DNA of 62,706 nucleotides, counting the filler, from Circinaria calcarea (Eukaryota): the NCBI GenBank assembly GCA_051942165.1. It is 6 parts of 6 records of this genome, joined end to end, with 100 filler letters (N's around TTAATTAATTAA, not from the genome) between each part and the next. Parts side by side here need not be neighbours in the genome. Positions count along the whole stretch, not along the records: positions 1 to 10,390 come from JAVECS010000814.1; positions 10,491 to 20,867 come from JAVECS010000815.1; 4 more parts are not named here. One strand, 5' to 3'. How positions within the stretch are numbered: position 1 is the stretch's first letter; every line of letters begins with the position of its first letter. The translations under genes were made by a program, and so were the position numbers. Shown here one piece after another: positions 1-12,163 of this stretch. The notes under the pieces were generated by a model. That model was not told the DNA's origin. It saw nothing but the letters and a program-made list of their open reading frames with translations, and did no database searches.

Positions 1-3000
1 CTCCAACCCGTCCCTCAAAACCCCTTTTACAACATCCCTCCCCACCCCAGGTCTCACGGCCAGAATCCCCAGCACAGCCGCGAGGGCCAGATCCCACATA
101 ACGGGCACGAGCGCGCCGTTAATATCGTACCAGATGGGGATTCTCGCACGTTTTGGATCCGTATCGGCTGGATGGCTGGAGGGGGGATGTAAGAGAGGAA
201 GAAGGGGGTTCTCGTAGATGTAGGATGCGGTAGGGGTGAGGGCGATTGTGAAGGTCAAGCGCGACCGGTCAATTTGACGCGTGATGTATCCACCGTCCAG
301 GAGACCAAAGGGTTTCATGGGCGGGTTGACAGGAGTAAGATGGATCCGGCCGTGGGCGACTAAATTGAAGATCGCTATGACCGTGCCGTCGTCAGCATGG
401 TAGGAGTACTCGACAGTTTCTTCTCTGCGGAAAGAGGAGTCGAGGTGGGATTTGTAGGCTATTGCGCGTTTGAAGTCTAGAACGGAGAGATTCTTGCGGA
501 GAGAATGAAGGAAGTGCTCTGAGATGTCGTAATTGCGGCCTGGGACAAGACGGCCGCGATTTTCCTGGGAGAGAGTTTTGCAGAGGAGGAGTTGGTTGAG
601 GGCGGTTTCGATATGGTCTTCGCCGATAGAACCTAGCTTTTGACGAGCTACCGTGGAGCTGTACGTGGCTTCGGGGGTAACGATATTGGCTTTGACCCAG
701 GATTTTGCAACTTCGAGCTCCGAGACTGCGACTTCGGGGGAAGTACGAGAGGCCAGCGGCACAACAAAGGGATCTTTGTGTAAGAGAACATATCGCTTGG
801 GAATCGGTATTGGGTGATTCAACTCGTAAAAGCCGTTCAAATCCTGCTCCATCGCCTTGCGTAATTCAAATGTTTTGTCAAGACGAGATCGACTTCGAGG
901 TAGGTGTGGGGTTTTGTCAATCTGAGCGTCAACAATATTCTTGATCGTCCAGTCTATAAGCCATTTCCAATCATACTCTTTGATCTTGTTGTAATCCAGA
1001 GGTGGGACAAGTTCATCTTCATAGGCTTGAGCAAACAACTCCTGGAAATCTTCTTGCAACTTTTCTACCTGCGCTCTATACCTTTGCAAGAGATAGGACC
1101 ATCTTTTGTGAATGAACTTTTCGGTGAATTCGGGTGCAAATATCTCGGCGAGTAGGATCCAGTCAATCATTCTGCCCATGCCTCCGGTCAACGTTCGTAC
1201 CACAACGACAGCAACCATTACACGCTTCTCGATTTCCAGACTAGTTTTAGGCCGCCGAGGTCCTCGAAGTTTGATCTTCTTAAAGACTCTGCCGTCGGCA
1301 TCCGTAGTGCAGTTATGTCCTTTTGTTGTGGGCATATTCTTGGCTTTCAAGGATGTCAAGCGTCTGTTCTTGACAGTTTTAGTGGGAGCTCTTCGCTTGG
1401 CTAGAGTCATTCTCGGAGGAGGAGGCATGTCCGATTTTCCTATGTTTACGGCGTTTCGGTTGATCCATGTATCTTTCATACTTCCATCCGAATTTACTCC
1501 CCTTAGGTATCGATATGAAGAGTCATGCTCGGCCACTTGTTGTTTTCCAGGGTAGGTGTGATTGATGAAGTGCCACTTAGTTGGCTTGACGTGCTCTATA
1601 CCAGGAGTATCCAACTCCCGTAGCATCACTTTGTCCATTTCATCCGGGAAAGTACCACCACTGCCCCAGCTCGGCAGCTCACGCGCCATAGGCTGCAGAA
1701 GCTTCTTTTCAAGTTCGTGTGGAAACAAGGTCAGTGTTTGTGATTTTGCAGGCCGGACCCACAAATCTAGCCGAGGATCCCTTATTACTGTATAGTTGAC
1801 GGAGAATGTCCCAGTGGGCGAATGAAATACGTGATCAGGGTCCATCAATGTCGATACCTGCTGAGTTTGAAAGTTTGGATTATAAGTTGCTAGTCCTTCA
1901 TTGACAAAGTCCCAATTCGGACGAGAAACTGTCGGTACTGGTTGAAAGATACTTGCCCTTGGTATTGGAGTCGTGGTATCGCCTTCGGACCTTGATCTTG
2001 CACGTCTGGGGCCTTGAGTTTTGACGTGGCCCAAACCTGGTTTATCTCCGAGTCTATCTCCATTCCCAGATGAGTGCAAGTTGCCAAGCGTAGGGTCCAG
2101 TAACCATGGCTGACCAGCCTTAAGGTCGAGAATCTCAGATTCAGGGGAAGTTGTTCTATCGAAGTTGCTATGCATCCCCATAGGATCCACAAAAGTTACA
2201 TGTCGTTGAGGCCGTTGAGACAACCCGTGTCCTGGCCCTAAGCCACACCACGCCAAACCATCAAGCATTTGATACCGTTCTTCATCTTGTTCTCGGATGG
2301 CTGCAGCGTTTGAGGTTCTCAGTGTGGAACCCGGCTTCTCCACTTGTTCAGACAACGTTGATGAACGACCGGCTTGAGCCTGTCCTGCCTGTCCGACTTG
2401 AGGTATTGACTTCAACCGTGCGAGACGTTGCACACTTGGTTTAGAACCAGCTTCAGCTTCTCGAGTGAGCGGCGGCACAACTAACAACTGAAATTCGGAT
2501 ATGCCAGCGTCCTCGGAGCCCAGGTTAACAGCGCTGTGCTTATATCCTTCAAGCACAAAATCTGGCACGCCGAGCTCCTCTTCTTGCCTTCTCCGCCTCT
2601 CTTCCGCCATAATAGACCGCTTGCTCCCCTTCCTGCCCTTTCCCATTATTTCCATTTGTACTCCGGCCTTTTCGGCCGCCTCGAGTTGCTCCTTGATATT
2701 CTGGTCCTCCATTGCTTTCTTGTTTAAGGCTGCTCGCTTGACGTATGTAGGGATATAGTGAAGCTGCACTTGTGTACTTTCGTCGACGGGAAGATAGTTA
2801 GGGATTGGTTGACTGACTTGTTGCGATTTCAAGCCATAACTCTTTCTTACAATTTGTGAGACTTCTGCCTGCCCTGGAATGTAAAGTTGGGGATCATGTG
2901 CAATCATCTTATCTTGTAGCTCTTTGATCTTTGGATCACTAGAGGAAATATTCCCCAGCGTGATTATGGTCTTCGTAACCGCAACTCCATGTTTGTTCTG

Positions 3001-6000
3001 GTATGTAAATACGAGTTGCCGAAGTTTACCAGCGTCGACGAGGAGTTTCTGAGCCGACTTAATAGTCCGCGGATCTGGCTGGCCCATAAGTTTTCGTGAT
3101 ACCCATGCAGTAGTAAACGGATTCCAGAGTTCTTTGCCTCCAGGAAAAACGCCGCCACACTTTTCTACAATCTCTAAGATCAGGTTTTTTCGCAGAACCC
3201 CCATAGAACCGCCAGTCGGAGTCATCTTAGTGATGGTCGTCTTCTTACGCATTTCCAGTGGACGATTCACAGAGTCATCTATGACAACATCTGGGGAGTC
3301 ATTACTACAGGGCCTGGGTGTAGTATTGTCGGGGATCTCTGCCTCCACGGGAACTTTGTTGGCGTTAATCTGGTTCAAGTTGGATCTCAAAGTATCCTGG
3401 TTAGGCGGAGGAGTTGATTGTGACAAATGAGAAGCTGGGCTAGCGGCAGCCTGATATTCCTCTGCTACTCTTGACGGTGAATCTTTAGGTATCTGAGCAC
3501 ATAGAATGTGATTTATGGTAATTGCCGCATCCAAGCCTCGTGAACCGGTCATACCTGTAACAGAAGACTGTACAGCTAGAATCTGCTCAGGAGAATATGC
3601 CGCAGGCTCGTTGGTAGCTTTCTCTTCCACGGACATTGGTGGACAGCTTTCAGACGCCATATCACTGAGAAGCGGTCTTGTCTGTGTTGGTCTTACGTCT
3701 ACTTCTTTAACTGAGCCACCTGTGCTAGTGGATAAATCGCTGAAGGTCTGCAGATTCCTGGGATCTCTGTATGTAGTCATTGTTGGGCCTACTACTAAAG
3801 GGGGTGTTGGCTGTTCTTTGAATTTCGAGAGGGACACGTTATCAATAGGGCGATGTTGTAACTCGATTTCTTCTAAACTTTGATGATGCCCAAGCTTATT
3901 CCGTGCCTTTGGGGGTGGACTACAAGCGGCAAACTTATCCCGACCATCCGTGGCTGCTGACTCCGGTAAGACTGCAGTGTCCATATTGAGCCCCGCGATA
4001 GGCGAACGTTGATATCCTGGTTGCTCTGAGATTGTAGCAATAGCGTTCCCTAAAGCGGGATAATCGAAGAAACCCATCATCGGTGCGCGACGTCTTTCTA
4101 CTGCAGTTGATGAAGTACGTTTTCTCTTTTTACCAGGGACCAAACTTTGTTGTGGAGAACGAATTGCTGGTAAGACAGCAGGCTCTTTTCCAGGCTGCTC
4201 GGTCAATAAGCTAGACACCGATGCATTTCGCGGTATAGGGGGGTTTTCAGCTGTCCGCCACGAGTTCAGGTTGCTTGAAAAAATGTCATTATTGTGACCC
4301 TCTTTCCCAACAGGAGTCGGTGGTACTTGCTCCGTTTCCGAATTCAAACCAACCTGCGTCGGCAATGTATCCGGAGTGAACCAGTCTAATTCATTTAATC
4401 GTGGAGATTTGAAGACAGCTAGCCTACTCTTGGGCGGTCGACCTCTCCCTGGCCGGCCTAGAGCTACCAATGAGCCCACGTGAATCCCTACGGAGGTTCT
4501 CTGAATAGCTTCAGCCTGCTCCCCGTAGGTCATAGCTGCAGGTTTGATCTCTTGCCTAATTCGTTTCAATGGTTTTGCCGTCATAGCTTCTGCACAGTCA
4601 TCCAGCTCTGCGGCATTTGCGGATCTCTTCCTAGATTTACGCGTATTGATATCAGACGTAGAAGCAGTGAGATTCACAGTAGCGAGACCATTTAAGGTCG
4701 GCGAAGTAGGCTTCAAGACAGGGTAAGTATGTGCAGCTATTGACGGTAAATACTCCAGTGTTGCAATATGTTTTTTGACTTTTTTGTTCGTAAGCGGTTT
4801 GGCGTGGAGTTGTGACTGAGTTTTCTCGGCGATCGCTAAGTGTGAATATGGAATGGTATGAGCAGTGATAGATGGATAATATCCAACTTTACTTGTAAGC
4901 TTCCTCCTAGGTCGATAACCACCTCTCTTTTTCGGAGTCGAGATAGTCTGCGTGTTGGTTACTAAAGAAATTGGGAACGTATGAGCAGCAATGGATGGGA
5001 GGTATCCAATTACGCTTCGAGGAGAAGAATGGCCTTGAACATTGATGACCTTTCTAGGTCTGCCGACTCGCCTCTTCATAGGTTGATCCTTGACTGACGA
5101 AATAGTGCGGAAGGTATGGGCAGCAACGGACGGAAAATAGCCAAGACAGCTCTTATCCTTTTTCGGCCTCCCAAAAGCTCTTTTTTTGGGAATACTCACA
5201 GGCTCATTTATCTCAGTTGGGTAAATGGGAAAGGTATGTGCTGCAACCGATGGCAAGTATGGGACTTCAGAGGTATTTCGTTGATCTCTAGTTCTCGGTA
5301 AAGCTTTGGTAGCATCGGTATTATCCAAGAAAATAGCCTCAACGCTTGTTGAAATCAAAGTATCCGGAGTACGCGAAAATGCTTTGTCAGGTCGAGATTT
5401 AGGTCGTCCCCGTTTTTTCTTTGAATTCAACGCCACTATAGCAGCGTCTGGGTTTCCGTCAGTCAGCTTTTGAGCGGCAGTATCGGCCAAAAATCTGTCT
5501 CTGGATTGCTCCAAGGGCTCACCATTCTCAGCCCTTTTCTTGATTTCCGTCCCAATCTTCGACATTTCGTATCGCTGTGCAGTATTCTGAGAATGCCTCA
5601 ATCTCTTAAATTTTCGAGCACTAAGACCTTCTACGCTTGACTTGGGAAATTCGCGCGAACGACCTTGTGATTTGACAGGCCGTGATAATGGATGATCCTG
5701 GGTCCCCTTTTGTTTTGGCGTTGGCTTTATGTTCGGTAAAAGGCTAGACTCAGTGCCTGACGATTGACGGCGTGACTGTCTTTGGACACCCCATTGGATG
5801 CCTATTGATATATTAGTTTGGAAAGGTCTTGGCTCGCTTGTGAACAAACTACCTGTAATGCCATCTGTTGATCTTACTAAAATAGGATCGTGGCGCGTAA
5901 TACTAAATGGCTTCAGATTCGCTGCTTGGATACATTCAAACAGCGTGGCAATATAATCCCGTTCTTGGAACTGAGAGGGATCCAATCTTGGGAAACCGTC

Positions 6001-7978
6001 CTCATCAAGCTCTGCCACCGCATCTCCTGCCACTGTCGAGGCCATGTTGGGCAACTTGCTTTCTTTGACAGTTTCGACTGCTTCCCACGACGCTTTCCCA
6101 TTGTCAACCATAGCCTTGAAGTTATCATGAGTGTAGTGGACATAATGGGCAATTCTGTTTGTGACCGTAGAGTCTCTGATGATAGCCATACGCCGGAGAT
6201 GCAAGGGTTGCGAAAGTTGCCACAGACTCACGAGGCGTGTCATTTGATGCTCCAATGGTCTATAGTAAAAGCCCCCGAAAGCACGATCTCGAATCTGCTA
6301 CAAGGTATGTCAACACAGAGCGATCTGAACGACTCACTGTACATACGTTTATGCTTAGACCATTAATACCAGATGACTCTACTACACCATGGATAAAGTT
6401 ACCAAGAGGTTGATCTGGTGTCCAGATGACAGGTCTAATTCCGGCATCCGGCAAGTCCTCGCTTTCAATGTCCACCTTCATAGAGTTGTCAGGCTGGTGG
6501 TCTTGATCGACCTCATCCTCAGCGTTGTCATAACCGCCTTGGAGATTGGAATCATGGGAATCTTGCCAGGGATTGAAGAGCTGTTTCCAGTCTGTCTCGT
6601 CCGGGCCACGAAGCAGCTTGACACATCTATGCAACTCCCGCCCGGGTCTTTTGAGGTTTGCATGTGCTCGGACACGCTGGACACAGCCCAGCAGCTCCAT
6701 TCTTCTGATTGAAAAGGCTAGAACATTTGAAGCACGAGGATGGGGTAAGACGTCCTACAAAGCTTGTCAGCAATGTTGATGATGCGAAATGGACAGCACG
6801 CAGGCATCAAGTCATACCAACTTCCGTTTCAGGTCATGCCAGGTGATCAGTGTAACCTTTGCAAGGATATCAAACATCTCCCGGATTTTGGCTTCTGTCT
6901 CTCTTAGTTGGCCCATAGTGTACTGCTTGGAAGTACTGTTCTCCCTGTCCTCCGAAGGTGACTCATCGGACCGCGCGCCCTTTTGCGTAGTGTGCCCAAC
7001 ATACCGTTTCAAGATACAAAGACTTGTTCTACTTTTTTCACCTAGAACAGGTTGTTTCACTATGTACCCTCTCTCCTGCAGCCGATCTGTCCTAGCAGGT
7101 ACAGATCGCTTATCTTGCCCACTCACACGTACCAACTCCGTTTGGAGTATCCCCTTCTCCCGATGCGTAGCTATGATGGAAAGACAAACGAAATCCATGC
7201 GAGGAATGCGGTCCAGGTCGGGACCATGGCCAGCGACGGCATACCACACACGGTCTTGCGAGGTGAATACCCGTAAGGGTTCTGTTGCTGCTGGGGGTTT
7301 TTTCGGTTTTGACGATGTGTCTCCGATTGCTCCCGCCGATGAAGCCTCGCCGCCAGCATCAATGCAAAGTTGATTACTAGCATTACCTGTAACGGTAGTA
7401 TCAGACTGTTTCGGCGCAGCAATTTTATCGTTATAGGCCTCGATCTCTATAAGGCTCATGCCGTTACCCCGACCATCTTTGCCGACCCTGATCTCTGGAT
7501 GTCTTGTCAGCCAGCTCCATACTTGGGTCTGGAATGGGCGGTCAATATCGGTCGTTGCAGGGCCACGAGTGAAGATGTCATCTTCATCCTGTGTTGATTC
7601 TGAATCGTTACACTCTGCATAGAATTCCTCGACATATTTGACTATGTCTGATGTATTGGCTCCTGGGGATGATTAGCGACCCGACCCACGACTTTGACGC
7701 TCGGTAATTGTAGAAAAATGCCCAAATGCAAGAAGGCGTAGCGGCGAATCGAACTCGACCAACTGGTGCACAAAGATGAATAATTAGATGGCAAGGTAAT
7801 ATGCAACCAGCACTAAATTCACCCTCTTCACATCCAAAGCCATCACTGCACAAAGACAGTTGACGCGGACAGGAAGGATTTCGCGAGCGTGCGACCGAAA
7901 ATGTCACCTACCTTGCTGTCCACACAAAGCAATTTCCACCAACAGATATCGAATGAGATCATCCAAGCTGCCCTTCAT
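1..7978 (-). CDS. TFC3: TFIIIC B-block-binding subunit (Tfc3/Sfc3/tau138), 3'-truncated, at least 2,539 aa; exons 7978-7912, 7662-6818, 6754-6347, 6297-<1
   Basis: N-terminus MKGSLDDLIRYLLVEIALCGQQG; VWSWLTRHPEIRVG; winged-helix segment REKGILQTELVRVSGQDKRSVPARTDRLQERGYIVK; GRPPKSRLAVFKS; HVFHSPTGTFS; ends AVRPGVGRDVVKG at the window edge. Three GT-AG introns with consistent phases. The last exon was spot-checked open, and no stop-terminated ORF in its frame appears in the ORF track. Confidence 0.9.
7746..7754 (-). promoter_or_regulatory. Candidate Pol III B-box (GTTCGATTC) in intron 1 of the TFIIIC gene
   Basis: Minus strand reads gaGTTCGATTCgc, matching GTTCRANNC. No tRNA cloverleaf is evident around it. 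Confidence 0.45.
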
Positions 7979-8056
7979 TCTTCCACATTCCACATTTTCC
8001 ACTCCGGTCAAATTGTCGGTAGCGATTTACTGTGTCACCAGGAATGGAAGTGGAGC

Positions 8057-8065
8057 GTTTCGAAC
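8057..8065 (-). promoter_or_regulatory. Candidate Pol III B-box (GTTCGAAAC) about 80 nt upstream of the TFIIIC ATG
   Basis: Minus strand reads gtGTTCGAAACgc, matching GTTCRANNC. Confidence 0.45.
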
Positions 8066-8354
8066 ACTCATGCAGATGATTGCCGGCAGAATGGCGTAGC
8101 GGTAAAGGTGGGGCGCTGCTTGGAATTTCCGGGTAATCCACGCTAGGGCTCAAGTGGGCTTGGCGCTCTGGCTAGGGCTGAAGTACCTATCGATAGTACA
8201 CCTTCACAGCTTTCTCAGAAACGATGCCGCAGAGTCTCGACCACTTTACTCTAGCCTTTCCCCGAATGCGTACTAAATCAAAGAGCCACGTGGAAGTTTC
8301 GCTATATGAGGAGATGACCACATCCATAGCTAGTTGAAGTATATCTTTGCTCGA

Positions 8355-9806
8355 TTATCTACTATACCCACTCGAGGAACTCCAGTCCCAATTGGCTGCC
8401 GCCTTCAGGTCATCTACGTTCAGAACATCCACGCCCTCCTTGACCAGAATATCCCAGACGTGATTCCGCAACCCGATCGGCCAATCTGGCGTGTCCCAGT
8501 ACCGCACCTTGAGGCCTCGTCGATGGGCGCCCCTTATCTGTCCGCGGACCACACCTAGCTGCTGCGCTGATAATTGGTATTGCCACATGCGACCAATGCT
8601 TTCCCCAAACCCTACGCTCGCATAGAACGAGTTGCTTGCATTGTAAATGTCAAAGGAGGAAGAAGAAGGATTGCCCTTATTCGTAAAGTCCGCCAGGGTG
8701 TGGTTGTCTCCCGTATGTGTTCCACTGGGGCCAGTTGTGCCAGAATCTTTTACGGATGAACTCTCCTCCCACATTTCATCCAGTGGAGCGTCGAAAAATA
8801 TATCGTGATGGGGATTTACGGTGTCGGAGATTACATGGTCGAAAGGAATGTCCCCGGTCCCAACCACGACAACTGGGCCGGCAACCAGATCCCTCCCGTT
8901 CCATTGAGTAAGGTAATGGTGTGATCGTAGTGGCTCAAGGGCCTCCATCACATATGGCCATGTGGCTGGGCCATCAGTCTTGAGATCAACAAGAAGGGTG
9001 AGAGACTGTGAAGGGTCCGTATCGAAGACTCCGTTAAGGGAAGTGTTTCCGTCCGGGTGAAATTGGGTAGTAGGATTCTGCTTCGTAAGAAGCTCCATTA
9101 TTGGGTCGATATACAGTTTGTCAAAGGTTCGTTCAGGGGTGAGGCTGCTTGTGCTGTGGCCAACGTAGAGCTTTTTCTCAAAGAGCCAGACGTCAGCTTC
9201 AACACTGATACACCCCGCACTGAGGGCAGAAAAGAATGGAACACTCCGCCAGTAGTCATTATGTGAGTGGCAAGGTATCGACCTAATATCGCGGGTGAAA
9301 TCGGTAGGCCACGACCGCAAGTCTTCATTGACCTTACCAATCTGGCCCCAAGACTCGAGGACCCGATGAATGCGTTCAGGTAAGAAGACTGCTGAGAGTC
9401 CACTCAAAAGGTGAAATAGTTGGATCACTCCGCTGCAGGTAAATTAATTCTGTCGATCTGAAGGAAAGAGATGATCTTCCTACAGGATGAGAAATGTTCC
9501 TAGCGCTAGGATCAGGCACCATCTTGAAGATGTGCGCGTTTTCTTCTTCCTAGCATTGGATTGTGAAGGCGGGAGGGTATCCTGATAGTTCTCCTCTAGT
9601 GACCGTTTCCGATGCTTGTGGAAAAGCAAGAAGGTTGGCACGAATTTTCTCCATGAAGGTTCACGTCTAATATTTGTAGTAGCAGCGTCCCCACCATTAT
9701 CAACCGTCGTCAACTCGTATATTTGGTGTATTTGGTCGTAATTGTCTGGTTCCGAATCGGTTTGAAGTAGAGCAACGTTTGGATCATAGCTGTCAGTAGG
9801 TACCAT
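8355..9806 (-). CDS. AIM6: AIM6-family PLC-like phosphodiesterase; exons 9806-9484, 9432-8355
   Basis: PCHSHNDYWR, GCISVEADVW, LYVGH, LLVDLKT, GLKVRYWDTP, LNVDDL; N-terminal transmembrane segment; intron 9483-9433 is GT-AG. Confidence 0.88.
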
Positions 9807-10032
9807 TGAACTTTACTAAAGTGGTAAAGATTATAACAAGCTAGAGTGTTTATTTATACCAATACATGTGTATATTAAGGCTTCCTGCATACATCTGTGT
9901 GGTGGTGTGTGTTCGTAGGATCCTCAATAAAGTTCAACCAATGGAATCGCTAGGATACTGAGATGTTAGCCCTGTAAATCTCCCAGAGCTTGCAACTTGG
10001 TGCTTTGATAGCAGCATATCACAGAAGCAAAC

Positions 10033-10390
10033 ATGCCACATAAACACAAAAGAGACAAAACCCAAGACACAGCATCGTTCGTACTTCCGTTGACATCAAT
10101 GTGCCATTACTGAGTCAACATCATAGTTACGAACTCCCACCCACCATATTTGCAAAACCCCTCCCCGTTACCAAGGACCCAAGAGCCACCACCAAACTCA
10201 GCGCTCCTTCCGCCCACAAATCGACTTTAAAGCGCAAACGACTCCACAAAGATCCCGCCAACGATGACACCCCCCGCGCATTCGCCCGCCTCATGGCATT
10301 CACCCAGGGCATCAAACCCCGCCCAGGCCTCGACGACGGGATCATAAAGTCCAAGAAGCGAAAGCGACTAGCCGAACCTTCTGAATCCAC
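10033..10390 (+). CDS. Conserved basic protein, CCDC137-like (often annotated 'urease accessory UreD' in fungi), 3'-truncated; intron 10077-10126
   Basis: Spliced product reads MPHKHKRDKTQDTASYELPPTIFAKPLP...DDTPRAFARLM...GLDDG. Confidence 0.7.
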
Positions 10391-10490
10391 NNNNNNNNNN
10401 NNNNNNNNNNNNNNNNNNNNNNNNNNNNNNNNNNTTAATTAATTAANNNNNNNNNNNNNNNNNNNNNNNNNNNNNNNNNNNNNNNNNNNN
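10391..10490. other. Artificial contig linker
   Basis: N44-TTAATTAATTAA-N44, which places stops in all six frames. Confidence 0.98.
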
Positions 10491-11324
10491 CTAATGTTTT
10501 CATGCCGTCGGCGACTTCGGAACTCATGCCACACATGACGTGATTTTGGAGGTTCTCGCCAACGTTAGGGTTGTCAATCAGAACGGGGATCTGGAACTGT
10601 TGCAGGAGCCGCGCATTACCAATGCCTGAGAGTTCTAGGAGCTTTGAAGAGTTGAATGCGCCGGTAGTGAGAATAATGTCTTTGATCGCTAGATATGGAG
10701 AAGCCGAGACCATCTAACGTCTTAACCTAAGCTTTAGGCTAGATGCTGTCAAGATTTTCGGGGAAAGATGCCTGGATTGGGCCTTCTGTGCCTATGACGT
10801 TCTCATCGATATAGTTTATTCTCAGGTGTTTGACCGCTGCCTCGGACGGTTTGGCTAACGTGTAAGACTTCTTGAAGTACCTTTTCATGGTGAACCAATC
10901 CCAGCCCGGATTGCCTAGGCCAGCCCATGCATCGACGTTCACTTTGGACGTGGCAACGAAGGCATGCCCATTGATTGCGCTGGATCCACCGAGAAGGCGA
11001 CCTTGCGGGAACATCAGGCTTCTTCCGGCCAGTCCCGTCTCCAAGAAAGATTCCGATCAGCACGACGATGGAGCAATTTCAACACCTGATCGAGAGGTGC
11101 AGCGAGATGCTTACCTGTTCAACTGTTCGAAAATTCCAATCGGCATCGGTACCCACAAGCGTAGGCCAAAAGGCGGGAGTTGTGACTCTGGGATCGGTCA
11201 TCCGGTCTTCACCCGCTTCAAGGACGAGGACTTGGGTGTGAGGATCCTCTGAGAGACGGGCTGCTATCACCAATCTCGCCGTACCCCCACCGACAATCAC
11301 AAAATCGTACTCCACGGATGCCAT
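10491..11324 (-). pseudogene. GMC oxidoreductase, disrupted and truncated by the contig end
   Basis: YDFVIVGGGTARLVIAARLSE (GxGxxG altered), VLVLEAG, QGRLLGGSSAING, LLELSGIG, VGENLQNH. In-frame TAG at 10739-10741. The segment normally lying between QASFPE and 'IILxxGAF' is missing. The intron acceptor is an atypical GAG. Confidence 0.8.
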
Positions 11325-11618
11325 CTGGGACGTTATGGAAATAAAGCAAAGAAGAAAAGATGGCAGTACCAATCAAGGTACTCGGGAAATGGGAATGACT
11401 GAATAGAGGGTCCGAGGAAAGAGTACGACTGAGTCACGTACCTTCCTCCAGCTGCATCAAAGGTCAGCCCCACTAGCACAATTGCAAAAGCAGAATACGG
11501 CGCAGCTTGCGGCGCCCAATAACTGTATGACAGCGAATTGAAGCAACTGACTACGTCGTGTGCATCAGTGCATCAGTGTGGATGCGAAGAATTCTGCAAG
11601 ATGCGAGACAAGGCAGGG

Positions 11619-11704
11619 CAGAAAACACCCGAAGTTGTGCATTAGTTCCCCAGCGCCTCTCCAGAAAACACCCGAAGTTGTGCATTAGTTTCCCAGCGCC
11701 TCCC
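11619..11704. repeat. 43-bp tandem duplication (2 copies)
   Basis: cagaaaacacccgaagttgtgcattagtt(c/t)cccagcgcctc(t/c)c occurs twice with 2 mismatches. Confidence 0.95.
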
Positions 11705-12163
11705 CACTGTGCCGCCGTCGTAAGTCGCAACTAGCTCTTCCTATCCAGAAAGGGCCTCTATACTCAGTACAGTGCAGTGCAGATGGCCCGCACTGCACCG
11801 ATCATACGGGCTTGGCAGTGCATACTGCACGGTAGACTACCAAGCCGTGCGGCACCAGCTGTACTATTGGAGGCATTGCTCGAAATCAACGTGGCCAGAG
11901 AAGCCTTTGAATTTCATTACCCTTGCCGCCCTTCGAGACGGCTAAGTTCATAAAGTCAGGCGGTTTGGTATAAGTAAGAAGGTTTGCAATATTTAACCAT
12001 ACATGTCGCTTGCCTTCCAGTATTGAAACCCCTTTGTATTACTTACAGAAAGCCACTTTTTCTATGATATTCGAAGATATTGCTCCGGAGTTGATTATAA
12101 TCAATTATCAGTTTATTGCTCTAACCGTTTCTCATTTCTACATCCTCTAAGGGACATAGCATT

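Noticed and set aside
705..6779. Many short plus-strand ORFs
   Set aside because: They are antisense shadows of the long TFIIIC coding exons.
7663..7911. tRNA or C/D snoRNA within TFIIIC intron 1
   Set aside because: A T-loop-like GTTCGA is present, but I see no acceptor or anticodon stems and no convincing C box/D box pair.
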